Shown: positions 39,801 through 50,199 of the stretch, one piece after another
Layout of the letters: the number at the start of each line of letters is the position of its first letter
Position numbering within the stretch: position 1 is the first letter of the stretch
Translations under genes and position numbers: made by a program
From: Halodesulfurarchaeum sp.
Lineage (GTDB): Archaea > Halobacteriota > Halobacteria > Halobacteriales > Halobacteriaceae
Reading direction: 5' to 3'
Length of the DNA stretch: 64,000 nt
Assembly: GCA_034520565.1 (NCBI GenBank)
Contig: JAXHNL010000002.1
Location: 576,001-640,000 of the forward strand
The notes under the pieces: model-generated
The model's input: the letters and a program-made list of their open reading frames with translations, nothing else
Databases searched by the model: none
Told to the model about the DNA's origin: nothing

Positions 39801-40898
39801 GAAACTGGCCGCTCGCTGACGGTGACACCTGACCATTCGATGCGGAAGTGGGAGGCCGGAGTTTGTGAACTGAGCGCCTCTCAAATCGAGGTAGGTGACG
39901 TCATCCCACGTCCTAATGTTGGTGGAAATAGCCCCAAAATTCGTGACGGAGACCAACTCGAGCGGTGGCTTTCACGAACTCGGTCGAAAAAATCCGAATC
40001 GTCTCCGGTGGCCGCAGACGGGAGCGTCGGATCAGTCCATCTTGACGAAGTAGTTTCTGTCGACATCGTCGAAAGTGAGGTCGAATTCACGTATTCCGTA
40101 ACGGTGGACAATACCCACACGCTCCTTGCCAATGGCTATCATGTCGGGCAGTGTGACGGTGACGAGGATTGCGTGATGCTCCTCATGGACGGCCTGCTCA
40201 ACTTCTCGAAGCAGTATTTACCCCACACGAGGGGCGGGAGGATGGACGCACCGCTCGTCATGTCCTCTCGGATCGATCCGGAGGAGATCGACGACGAGGC
40301 CCACAACATGGACACCGTCCGGGAGTACTCCCGCGAGTTCTACGAGGCGACCCGCGAGATGGCCGATCCCGGCGACGTGGACGTCGAACTCGCCGAGGAC
40401 CATCTCGGCACCGACCGGGAGTACTCCGAGTTTCACTTCACCCACGACACCTCGAACATCGCGCTCGGGCCCGACCTCTCGGCGTACAAGACCCTCGGCT
40501 CGATGATGGACAAGATGGAGGCCCAGCTCGAACTCGCCCGCAAGCTCCGGGCCGTCGACGAATCGGACGTCGCAGAGCGCGTGATCGAGTATCACTTCCT
40601 GCCCGACCTGATCGGAAACCTGCGGGCCTTCACCCGCCAGGAGGTGCGGTGTCTCTCCTGCGGGACGAAGTACCGGCGGGTCCCTCTGACGGGCAACTGT
40701 CGGAACTGCGGCGGGGACGTGAACCTCACCGTTCACGAGGGGTCGGTGACGAAGTACCTCGAGACGGCAATCGAGGTCGCCGAGGAGTACGGCTCCCGGG
40801 AGTACACGAAACAGCGGCTTCGGATCCTCGAGCGCTCGATCGACTCCATTTTCGAGAACGACAAGAACAAACAGAGCGGCATTGCGGATTTCATGTGA
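36820..40898 (+). CDS. polC: DNA polymerase D large subunit DP2; frameshift at about 38901 joins ORFs 36820-39051 and 38883-40898; contains an intein
   Basis: Motifs YAGPIRSAGGTAQALS, GGFRLRYGR, RMGRPEKS, KRRN|CDGDED and Zn fingers. Confidence 0.95.
39555..40151 (+). mobile_element. Mini-intein (199 aa) in DP2, without a homing endonuclease
   Basis: Insert between KRRN and CDGDED. It begins CFHPET, has block B TPDHS and ends THTLLANGYHVGQ. Codon usage is less GC-biased than the extein. Confidence 0.93.
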
Positions 40899-40917
40899 GC
40901 TCCGGCTGCCGATCCCC

Positions 40918-41697
40918 TTACCGAATGTTCCACTTCGATTCCAGGACGGTGTGGGATTCGAGCGCCCGCTCCAGCTGCTCGACGCCCTGCGAGAGCGTCC
41001 TGGCGATCGACCGCTCGTAGGAGATCCGGTGAGGCGGCCCCGAGATGTCCATGGCTCCGAGAATCTCGCCATCCGAACCCCGGACCGGCACCGCCACCGC
41101 CTTCAAATTCTCCCAGGCCTCCTGTTCGTTGACCGCGTAGCCTCGCTTCCGGACGAGTTCGAGTTCCTCGTCGAGGGTTTCCCGGTCGGTGATGGTGAAT
41201 TCGGTTCGCTCGGGCAATCCCCACCGATCGATAATCTCGTCGACCTGTTGTTCGTCCATTTCGGCGAGCATCGCCTTCCCGGCGGCCGAACTGTGGAGGT
41301 AGAAGTACTGGCCCCGCTGGAACCCTTCGAGGGTTCCCGTATCGAGGCTGTCGAAGAGCGTGATCGCTCGTCCGTTTTCCAGAACGGAGAAGTTCACCAC
41401 TTCGCTGGTCCGATCGGCGATCTCGTAGGTCTTCTCGCGGGCCAGCATGAACTGGGTATTTCGGCGCTTGGCCTGCGTGCCGAGGTGGAAGAGTTTCAAT
41501 CCCAGCCGGTAGCGACCCTCCCGTTTGACGACCAGCCCGTTCTCCCGCAGCGTCTGGAGGTGCTTGTGTGCCGTACTGACTGCCATCTCCAACTCCTCGG
41601 CGAGTTCGCTTACTGTCGGCCCGTTCAGGTTTGCGACGGCCTCGAGAACGCGTAAGGACGTGTTCGTGGTCTCGTGTGTTCGGCCCGTCCCCCTCAT
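40918..41697 (-). CDS. IclR-family transcriptional regulator
   Basis: HTH SELAEELEMAVSTAHKHLQTL, plus HSSAAGKAMLA and RKRGYA. Confidence 0.92.
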   Translation of the reverse strand: MRGTGRTHETTNTSLRVLEAVANLNGPTVSELAEELEMAVSTAHKHLQTLRENGLVVKREGRYRLGLKLFHLGTQAKRRNTQFMLAREKTYEIADRTSEVVNFSVLENGRAITLFDSLDTGTLEGFQRGQYFYLHSSAAGKAMLAEMDEQQVDEIIDRWGLPERTEFTITDRETLDEELELVRKRGYAVNEQEAWENLKAVAVPVRGSDGEILGAMDISGPPHRISYERSIARTLSQGVEQLERALESHTVLESKWNIR

Positions 41698-42514
41698 CGT
41701 TTCTCCCTCTGTTTCACGTCATAGAAAAACTTCTCCATCGATGCGTGACTCACTTCAGAATTTAATATCGCGATATACGATATATCTTATAAATGATCGG
41801 CGGTCAGCGGTGCTTTGCTCCCGGTTTGAACCGGATCGGAACACGAAGCGTTCGGGCTGTCGGGACTCATCGCGTTCGGCTTTCAGGGCCGTTTCCCGAA
41901 TCAAGCGCCGTCTGTAAAATTTTGTATATCGGTATACCGTTTATTGAAGGAGATAACCACGTCTAAACCCGTCCGTTTCGAGCGAACAGCACACGCGGAT
42001 CGGCTTCCGACGGGTTTCAGCTGAAACGTTTTGGGGCGAGTGGTCTGGGGGCTCGTTTTGCGGTAACTTCTGTATAGTTAGATATGGTGAACCTGAAGCA
42101 CCAGCTATTTTCGAACCGTGGGGTGGTGGGATGCTGTGGGAGATTCGGAATCTGCCGATATAAGTGTGTGTTTTGTTAGCAACGCTTAACTCGATTTCAG
42201 TCGCTGTCTGGGGGTTGTCCACATAATCGAGTGGATGTCGCGCTATTTTCGCCATCCCAGGTATAAGTTAAACTATATGCTGCTATACGAAATTTTTTGG
42301 ACGTGGCTATTAATCGTCCTCCTTCAAAATCGACTCAATTGGCGATAAACACGCAGAAGAGCGTCTCTTATGGGGTGATGGTTCTCAGTGTATGGGCACG
42401 TATATCATTATGGATATTTGTGAGTAAAATCAGCATCGCCCGATTAATGGGCTTATAGAAGCTTTTACCTGGCCACTCGCAGAGATAAATCGTGTTAACA
42501 AATCGTCAGTTATG

Positions 42515-43204
42515 TCAGGCCGGGGGCGTCGCCGTTTCGGGCTCCTCAAGTATCGATTCGAGGAGTTTGGACTGGGCGGCGGCGAGGTGCTCGGTGAAGG
42601 TCGAGGTGGTAATGCCGAGTTCTTCGGCGACTTGGCCGGCGTTCGCGCCCTTTGGATGCTTGAAGTACCCCATTTCGTGGGCGACTTCGAGGACTTCCCG
42701 CTGCCGATCGGTCAAGACGCCCCGATCCACGAAGACGAGGTCCTCGCTCCCGTCGTCGTCCCGGGAACTCACGAGTCGCTGGACGTCCACGTCGTCGTAG
42801 GATTCCCGGAGTGCCGTGACGGCTCCCCGGAGTTCGTCGATCGAGGGCGCGTGGAACACGATGGAGAGGTCCCCCGCCTCTGCCTGGATGTCGACGATCG
42901 GACAGTCGTACTCCTCGACGAGTTCGCAGGCACAGTCGTGGCCGAAATTCCGTTGAAAGCGGTACACCGACTGCTGCCCGTAGGAGAAGACCGGCTCGAA
43001 GTCCGTCTCGGGGAGGTCGACGCTCGCGTCCGTGGCGAATTCCTCAGTGACTCGGCCGGTTTCCGGGTCGACACGCTTCGAGACGTTGAAACATTCGACG
43101 CCACTGCCCGAGACGTCCGCGATCGGACAACTCTTCAGGTCCGAGAGCCGGATCTTCGCTCTGATACCGCCCGACGCGGTCGCTTCGTTCGCAAGCGTGC
43201 TCAT
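42515..43204 (-). CDS. HTH-10 (Bat-like) regulator, DmsR/NarO-like
   Basis: C...CACELVEEYDC (CXnCXCX7C) and a C-terminal LTDRQREVLEVAHEMGYF. Confidence 0.85.
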   Translation of the reverse strand: MSTLANEATASGGIRAKIRLSDLKSCPIADVSGSGVECFNVSKRVDPETGRVTEEFATDASVDLPETDFEPVFSYGQQSVYRFQRNFGHDCACELVEEYDCPIVDIQAEAGDLSIVFHAPSIDELRGAVTALRESYDDVDVQRLVSSRDDDGSEDLVFVDRGVLTDRQREVLEVAHEMGYFKHPKGANAGQVAEELGITTSTFTEHLAAAQSKLLESILEEPETATPPA

Positions 43205-43522
43205 CGTCCCGCTCCGGGTCTCAGCTCGTGGCCGCTCTTTCGGGCCGTCAGAGTCGGATCGCTCGACTGTGGATGTGGGACAGCCAGTGCGTACATGTTT
43301 GGTGGTACTACCTCCAACAACCTAAAATCCGTTGCCCTTCCCACATTTTGAAAACGCTGGAAACGTCCGTTTAAGCCGATTTGCGGCACGAACTTGGCGA
43401 TTGCCGAACGACACCCGATTTAGGCTTGCCCCAAATATACGGGAACCCATTGTCTCTCAGAGGGGGTTGGCCTTGCTGGGGTCGGAAGGGTTTACCAACC
43501 ACCTCCCCACATTCACACAACA

Positions 43523-44149
43523 ATGCCCTCCGGTATTCGGGCGGAACTCGCGTTCGAAGACCCCGACGCGTGCCGCATCGCCGGTTTCCTGGACGGGGAC
43601 GCCGACGCGGCGTCGGTTTCCTGGTCTGTCGCCCCGGAGACCGGACAAATCACGGAGGAGTTCGCCGTCGAGGGCGATCACGACGTCGAGGGGGCCTCGG
43701 AGGTCTTCTCCTACGGCAACCGCTCGATTTACCGGTTCCAGCGCGGCCACAACGGTTGCTGTCCCTGCGAAACGGTCCAGGATTTCGACGTTCCGGTTCG
43801 GGACATCCACACGGTCGACGGTTCGCTTCACCTCGCGATCCACGTCGAGGACATGGACGAGCTCCGTCGGATCGTCGCCGGCGTCAGGTTGGAATTCCCC
43901 GAAGTGCGCATCGTCCGGCTGGTCCACGCCCGTGAAGCGGGGGAGGACGACCTCGTGCTGGTCGACCGCGGCGAACTGACGGCACGACAGCGCGAGGTGC
44001 TCGAAACCGCACACGAACTGGGCTATTTCGACCACCCGAAAGGTGCGAACGCCGGCCAGGTCGCCGAGGAACTCGGGATCACCACCTCGACCTTCACCGA
44101 GCACCTCGCCGCCGCCCAGTCGAAGCTTTTGACCGCGATTCTCTCCTGA
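43523..44149 (+). CDS. HTH-10 (Bat-like) regulator, DmsR/NarO-like paralogue
   Basis: MPSGIRAE...C...CCPC and LTARQREVLETAHELGYF. Confidence 0.85.
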   Translation: MPSGIRAELAFEDPDACRIAGFLDGDADAASVSWSVAPETGQITEEFAVEGDHDVEGASEVFSYGNRSIYRFQRGHNGCCPCETVQDFDVPVRDIHTVDGSLHLAIHVEDMDELRRIVAGVRLEFPEVRIVRLVHAREAGEDDLVLVDRGELTARQREVLETAHELGYFDHPKGANAGQVAEELGITTSTFTEHLAAAQSKLLTAILS

Positions 44150-45583
44150 TTACGCGTCGTCCAACTGCGAGCCGAGTATCGCATCGATGGCGTCGATGAA
44201 CGACGGCTCGGTCCCCTCCGGGATCGTCGCCCCCGCCGCCATCGCGTGGCCCCCGCCCTCGCCGCCGACGGTAGCCGCAGCCTCCCGCATGGCCACCGAG
44301 AGGTCGATTCCCCGGCCGGAAAGCCGGCTTGGCGCCCGAGCGGAGACCTTGACCGCTTCGGACCCGTCCTTCTTCGCGAAGCCGACGATCGGGCGGTGAC
44401 GATCGATTCCGTCCGAACCCAGTACCATCCCGGCGACGATCCCGACGATGGTGGCCCGGATCTCCCGGCCCGCGTGGAACCACTGGACGTGGGCTTCCCG
44501 GTTGACGCCGGTTTCCTCGACGAATGCGATGCCGGCCGAGAGGTTCTTCCGGTGCTCGTGGAGCAACTGGAGTGCCGCATCGAGCGCCTCGTTCCGATCA
44601 CCCCGGCAGACCGCCAGCCCGACCTCGCTCCGGTCGTACCGGGCCGTCGCGTTGAGGACCGTCGCGAACTCGCTCGCGTCCCGCAGATGGGTGCCCGGCT
44701 CCTCGCGGGCCAACACGTATCTGGTGCCGACGAGCGCTTCGATTCGATCTGCGGGGACCCCGCGATCGATCGCCCGGGCGATGAGCCCGCTCGCGATCTG
44801 TTGGCGGGTCTCGCTGTCGAGTTCCGCCCAGGTCGGCCAGCGGTCACCGTCCCGGACAGGAACGGGGAGGGACTGCAGAAAATCGATCGCACCCCGCCGA
44901 CTGCCGGTGATGCCGGGGATACGAACGTCACCAGTGTACTCGAGCAGCTTCGGGAGGGGCCGGGTCTGGGTGCCGTAGACTGCGAGGTCGGTCCCGATCT
45001 CGATCGCCCCGGCGGCCGCACCCTCTTCGGCGATGTCCCGGTTCGCGCCAACGAGTTCCCCGTCCACTGTCTGTCGGTCTCCGACGGCCCCGACGACGGC
45101 CAGGGCAGCGAGGTCGCGCGGATCGCTTTCGGGGTCGACCCGCTCGCCGATCGCTCGGGCGAGGACGTAGGCCGTTCCCGCGCCCGCCAGTTCGCGCCCG
45201 CCGTCCAGCCCGACGTCGACGGGATTGAGGTGATGCTCGATCGTCGCGTCGACCGGCTGGTGGTGATCGACGACGACCGGGGTGAACCGGCCCTTTTCGG
45301 CGTGGTGAGCGAGCCGGTCGAGGCCACCGCTGCCCAGGTCGGTGAAAAGAACGACGTCAGTGTTTCCGTCGGCCAGTTCGTCGATGGCCGTCTCGTCCAG
45401 CCCGTGTTTGATCTCGGTGGTCACCGGGAGGTCCGCCCACTCGAGCGCGGTCGCGGCGATTGCCGCACTGGTGAGCCCGTCGGCGTCGTCGTGGGAGACG
45501 AGGTGGACCGAATCCGCCCCGAGTAGCACGGCGGCCGCTCGGTCGGCGCGTTCGTGGAGTGCGGGGACGGGTGGATCCATCAC
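44150..45583 (-). CDS. recJ: RecJ/GAN-like DHH phosphoesterase
   Basis: Motifs HDDADG, DLGSG, VDHH and GAVGD, plus DHHA1 GGGHAMAAGA. Confidence 0.9.
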   Translation of the reverse strand: MMDPPVPALHERADRAAAVLLGADSVHLVSHDDADGLTSAAIAATALEWADLPVTTEIKHGLDETAIDELADGNTDVVLFTDLGSGGLDRLAHHAEKGRFTPVVVDHHQPVDATIEHHLNPVDVGLDGGRELAGAGTAYVLARAIGERVDPESDPRDLAALAVVGAVGDRQTVDGELVGANRDIAEEGAAAGAIEIGTDLAVYGTQTRPLPKLLEYTGDVRIPGITGSRRGAIDFLQSLPVPVRDGDRWPTWAELDSETRQQIASGLIARAIDRGVPADRIEALVGTRYVLAREEPGTHLRDASEFATVLNATARYDRSEVGLAVCRGDRNEALDAALQLLHEHRKNLSAGIAFVEETGVNREAHVQWFHAGREIRATIVGIVAGMVLGSDGIDRHRPIVGFAKKDGSEAVKVSARAPSRLSGRGIDLSVAMREAAATVGGEGGGHAMAAGATIPEGTEPSFIDAIDAILGSQLDDA

Positions 45584-45622
45584 GAATTACTGGGCCGCCT
45601 TCCGGGATAAACGTGTGCCCGA

Positions 45623-46363
45623 TCAGGCCTGGTCGAGTTCCCCGATCGCCGCCCTGGCGAGTGCCTCGAAGTCCGCAGTCCCGGGGACGATATCGACGGT
45701 GAGTCCAGCCGCGGCGGCCGTTTCGGCGGTGGGCGATCCGATCGCGCCGATGACGGCTCCGAGGAGTCCATCTCGCACTTCGCTCTCGATGTCCCGGTCC
45801 CTGGCGACCGTCAGGAAGTGCTCGACCGTCAGCGAGGAGGTGAAAAGCGCCGCGTCGAGGTCGCCCGCTGCGGCGAGGTCGACTGACTCGCCAGCCCCTT
45901 CCGGAATCACCAGCTCGTAGAGCACCGTCTCGTGCACGTACGCGCCCGCTGCCGCGAGCCCGTCGAGGAGGATCTGGCTCCCGTGATCGCTCCGGGCGAC
46001 CTCCACTCGCTTCCCTTCGACCCGTTCTTCGAGGGCCGCGACGAGCCCGGCGGAGGTGTACTCCTCGGGCACGAGGTCCACCTCGAATCCGGCGGCCTCG
46101 GCGGCCCCGGCTGTCGACGGCCCGATCGCTACCAGCTCGCTCGCCCCCGGCTCCCAGCCCGCGTCCGCGGCAAGCTCGACGCCGGTCTTGCTCGTGAGGA
46201 TCGTGTAGTCTCCGTCGGTTCGAGGGGTCGCGCCGGTTGGCTCGATCGCGAGCATCGGATCCGGAACCGGCTTTGCACCCAGTTCCTCGAGCAGTTCGAC
46301 CGCCTCGTCGATTCGCTCGTCGTCCGGCCGGAAGACCGCGACTCGTGGCCGCTTCCCGGTCAT
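45623..46363 (-). CDS. hemD: Uroporphyrinogen-III synthase
   Basis: Motifs VAVFRP, LTSKTGV, AIGPST and FTSSLTV. Coupled to hemC. Confidence 0.92.
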   Translation of the reverse strand: MTGKRPRVAVFRPDDERIDEAVELLEELGAKPVPDPMLAIEPTGATPRTDGDYTILTSKTGVELAADAGWEPGASELVAIGPSTAGAAEAAGFEVDLVPEEYTSAGLVAALEERVEGKRVEVARSDHGSQILLDGLAAAGAYVHETVLYELVIPEGAGESVDLAAAGDLDAALFTSSLTVEHFLTVARDRDIESEVRDGLLGAVIGAIGSPTAETAAAAGLTVDIVPGTADFEALARAAIGELDQA

Positions 46364-47433
46364 TCCCGTTTCGCCTCCGCGATGAGTTCGGCCGCACCGC
46401 GGTCCGCGAGGTCACGAGCGAATTCGCGGGCCTCGGTGGCGTACCCTTCCACGTCGAGGGCGCGGGTTTCCCTGAGTTCTTCGCTCCCGTCCCGGCTCAG
46501 TACCTGGACGGTCGTCCGGACCACGTCGCCCTGAACGGTCGCGTGGATACCCAGCGGAGCGACACAGCCCGCCCCGAGTTCCGCGAGCACCACCCGTTCC
46601 ACCGTCGTGGCGACCCGGGTCGGGGCGTGATCGAGTGCCGCGTGGATCGCTTCGGCGACGTCGGTCTCCTCGTGGGCGGCGACTGCAAGGGCGCCCTGCC
46701 CGGCTGCGGGGACGTGTGACTCGACGGGGAGATCCACGTGGGGGACCGAATCGAGCAGCCCGCTCCGGACGAGGCCAGCCTTCGCGAGCACGATCGCGTC
46801 GTACTCCGTCTCGACTTCCCGCCCCAGTGCGTCCCGCTCGATCTCGGCCAGCGAGTCGAACCACTCCTCGGGCGTTCGGTCGTCAGGCGCCTCGACGTCG
46901 GACTCGTCGTCTGCGGCCGCGAGTCGGTTCTCGTGCTCGGCCTGGAGCGTCGGTGCGAGCACCTTCTCCACCCTGGTGTCGACGTTCCCCCGCAGCGGCT
47001 CAATTTCGAGGTCCGGCCGTTGGGCCTGCACCTGGGCACCGCGGCGGAGACTCGACGTGCCGACGACTGCCCCCTCGGGAAGTTCCTCCAGGGCGTCGCC
47101 GTCCGGGCTGACGAGCACGTCACCGACGGGACCACGGGACGGGACCGCGGCGATCACGATCTCCTCGGGTTCCTCCGTCGGGACGTCTTTCATCGAGTGG
47201 ACCGCCCCGTCAACGGTCTCGTCCATCACGAGCCGGTCGAGTTCTCGGACGAAGGCTCCGGTCTTCCCGAGGTCCTGGATGAGGGCGTCCTCGATGCGGT
47301 CCCCCTGGGTCTCGACCTCCCGGAGGTCGGCGTCGATGCGGTGGTCCGCGAGTCGGGACTGCACTTGGGCGGCCTGCCGGAGGGCCAGGTCCGAGCCCCG
47401 GGTCGCGAGTTCGATCGTCCCCGTCACGCTCAT
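46360..47433 (-). CDS. hemC: Hydroxymethylbilane synthase
   Basis: Motifs LATRGSDLALRQA, VHSMKDVP, GTSSLRR and GAGCVAP. Confidence 0.95.
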   Translation of the reverse strand: MSVTGTIELATRGSDLALRQAAQVQSRLADHRIDADLREVETQGDRIEDALIQDLGKTGAFVRELDRLVMDETVDGAVHSMKDVPTEEPEEIVIAAVPSRGPVGDVLVSPDGDALEELPEGAVVGTSSLRRGAQVQAQRPDLEIEPLRGNVDTRVEKVLAPTLQAEHENRLAAADDESDVEAPDDRTPEEWFDSLAEIERDALGREVETEYDAIVLAKAGLVRSGLLDSVPHVDLPVESHVPAAGQGALAVAAHEETDVAEAIHAALDHAPTRVATTVERVVLAELGAGCVAPLGIHATVQGDVVRTTVQVLSRDGSEELRETRALDVEGYATEAREFARDLADRGAAELIAEAKRE

Positions 47434-47491
47434 ACCCCCTCTCGCCGCCGAGTGTGGGAAAACCCCTCGGCTCGGGATGGTCCGCCATCCA

Positions 47492-48827
47492 TCACAGCAC
47501 CGCCTTGTAGGCCTCGAGGGTCTCCTCGATCTCCACCTCGGTGTGTGCGGCCGTGAGGAACTGGGACTCGAACTGGTTCGGGGTGAGCAACACGCCTTCA
47601 TCGCGCATCTGGTGGTAGAAGACTCGCTCCCAGCGGTCGGTCGCAGCGGCCTCGACGTCGCCCGCGTTCTTCGGGCAGGCGCCGTCCTTCGCACAGTCCG
47701 TGTCGTGTCGACAGCCGGTCGTACAGCCCTCGTCCTGGGCCGGGCCCGTGCGGGTAAAAATGACTTTGAACATGCTGTCGATCCCGGTCACCGTGTAGCC
47801 CGGGGCTCGATCGGCGACGATGTCGACCAACCCCGACCGGAGCTGGTCGCCGAGATCGGCGAGGTGCTCGTAGACGTTCTCCCGTGCGGCATAGCGGAGC
47901 GTCTCCAGCCCGGCGGTCATCGTCACCGGGTGCCCGGAGAAGGTGCCGGCCTCGAAGACGTCCCCGGCCGGGGTCAGCGACTCCATGATCTCGGCCCGGC
48001 CGCCGACCGCCCCGACCGGGAACCCGCCACCGATCACCTTCGCGAGCGTCGTGAGATCGGGCTCGATGCCGAAGCGGCTCTGGGCACAGCCCAGTCCGCC
48101 GACCCGGAAGCCGGTCATGACCTCGTCGAAGATCAGGAGCGCCCCGTGGTCGCGGGTCAGCTCGCGGAGGGTCTCGTGATAACCCGGCTGCGGCATGACG
48201 ATGCCCCGGTTGCCGAGGATCGGCTCGGTGAGGACGGCGGCGATCTCCTCGCCACGATCCGCGAAGACCTGCTCGACGCGCTCGGCGTCGTTGAAGGGAA
48301 CCGGAATCGTGTGGCTGGCGAATTCGGCCGGCACGCCCGGACTGGACGGCGCCGACCGGCCGCGCTCGGTCTCGACGAGTGTCGCTCTCCTGGGCGCCGT
48401 GGTAGCCACCCTGCATGACGACGATCTTCTCGCGGTCGGTGTAACCGCGAGCGAGCCGCACGGCTGCCGTCGTGGCCTCGGTCCCGGAGTTCACGAAGCG
48501 GGTCATCTCGATGCTGGGGACGTGGCGGGCGATGAACTCCGCGAGTTCGATCTCGACTTCGGTCGGGGCGCCGTACATCGGCCCGTCGCTTACCTGTGAC
48601 TGGATCGCCGCGATCACGCGGTCGGGCAGGTCATGGCCCAGGAGGACCGGGCCGTACCCGGCGACGTAGTCGATGTAGCGGTTCCCGTCGGCGTCGATGA
48701 CGTGGGCCCCGTCCCCCCGCTCGACGAACGCGGGATAGGGATAACTCGCCCGGACGGGGGAGTTCACCCCGCCGGGAAGCACGGAGAGAGCCCGATCGTA
48801 CAGGTCGCGGGAGGCGTCGTGTCGCAT
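47492..48827 (-). CDS. hemL: Glutamate-1-semialdehyde 2,1-aminomutase; frameshift at about 48384
   Basis: [17 protein letters not shown] and GGYHG lie in one frame; [16 protein letters not shown] and GTFSGHP lie in the next. Confidence 0.93.
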
Positions 48828-48906
48828 GGCTCGTGGTTCGACAGGCGGGGCCATGAAGGTAGTGCTGTCGGCCGGGAGCCTGTCTGGGGGACCCGGTCAG
48901 TCGGGG

Positions 48907-50199
48907 TCAGGCCCCGGTTCCGCCCGGTGCGCCGGGAGACTCGATGACGGTCCGGTACAGCAGCCAGCCGATCGGGAGCAGGACCAGTCCGCCAGCCACG
49001 AAGGGTGCCCAGAAGGCCACGCCGGTGTAAAGCGCCCCGGCCACGACCGGCCCGATCGCCCGGGCGATGCTTCCGGCCGACTGCGTGAGGCCGAACGCGC
49101 TGCCCTGGTCGCGCTCGGCGGCCGAGCGGGAGACGAGGGTCGTCAACGAGACGTTCGCGAAGCCGTTGCCGACCGCGAGCACGGAGAGCACGACGAGGAG
49201 CGCGAGCAGTTCGGGAGCGATCGGGCCGATTCCGGAGAGGAACCGACCCAACTGCGGGGCGAAGGGAACGGCGACGAGGGCGACGAACTCGACTGTCACC
49301 CCACCCATCGCGAGTGTCTTTTCGTCCCAGATGGCCGCGGCCCGACCGACGAGTCCGCCCTGCACGACGGCGATGATCACTCCAAGGTAGGCCAGGATGT
49401 AGCCGTTCATCGCCGTCCCGTAGCCGTAGATGTCCTTCGTGAACAGGACGAACATGCTCTCCATTCCCGAGAAGGCAAGCGACGCCAGGAAGAAGCTGAT
49501 CACGAGTATGGCGAGGACGGGCCTGGCGAGCGCGCGTGTGAGTTCGGCGATCCGGCCCTCCCGATCGCGGGTTTCGGCCTGCCGATTCGTCTCCGGCAGC
49601 AGGAAGAATGCGGCGACGAGGTTCACGAACGTGATGAGGGCGGCGGTAAAGGAGGGGATCGTGAACTGCGAGACCGGCACCGCGGCCGGGAGGATCGATT
49701 CGGCGATAGCCAGTGCGGCCGGACTGGAAACGAGCCCCCCGATCGCCGGTCCGAAGACGAAACCGAGGCCGAACGCTGCCCCGATCAATCCCAGCCCCTT
49801 CGCCCGGTTTGCTTCGGTGGTCACGTCGGCGATGTACGCCTGTGCGGCCGCGATGTTCCCGCCCATGGCACCGGCGAGAAACCGGGCGAGAAAGAGCACC
49901 CAGAGCGCCTGGGCGAGCCCGAACAGCGTCCAGGCGATCACGCTGCCCGCAAGCGAGAGGAGCAACACTGGCCGCCGGCCACGCTCGTCGGAGAGCCGGC
50001 CCAGGATCGGGGCGAACACGAACTGTGTGATGGAATAGGACGCGAGGAGGACCCCGACGACGAACTCGGAGGCCCCGAACGCCGCCGCGTAGAGCGGAAT
50101 GATCGGGATGAGGATGCCGAAGCCGACGAGATCGACGAAAACCACCAGCAGGACGATCACGAGTGGGCGCCTGCCGGAACCATCACTCTCCTCGCTCAT
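48907..50199 (-). CDS. MFS transporter (TetA/DHA1-like)
   Basis: MFS motif A GRLSDERGRRP, GFVFGPAIGG and about 12 TMs. Confidence 0.9.
   Translation of the reverse strand: MSEESDGSGRRPLVIVLLVVFVDLVGFGILIPIIPLYAAAFGASEFVVGVLLASYSITQFVFAPILGRLSDERGRRPVLLLSLAGSVIAWTLFGLAQALWVLFLARFLAGAMGGNIAAAQAYIADVTTEANRAKGLGLIGAAFGLGFVFGPAIGGLVSSPAALAIAESILPAAVPVSQFTIPSFTAALITFVNLVAAFFLLPETNRQAETRDREGRIAELTRALARPVLAILVISFFLASLAFSGMESMFVLFTKDIYGYGTAMNGYILAYLGVIIAVVQGGLVGRAAAIWDEKTLAMGGVTVEFVALVAVPFAPQLGRFLSGIGPIAPELLALLVVLSVLAVGNGFANVSLTTLVSRSAAERDQGSAFGLTQSAGSIARAIGPVVAGALYTGVAFWAPFVAGGLVLLPIGWLLYRTVIESPGAPGGTGA

Noticed and set aside
41941-42255. 104-aa ORF in the AT-rich gap
   Set aside because: Non-acidic composition, atypical codons and no motifs.
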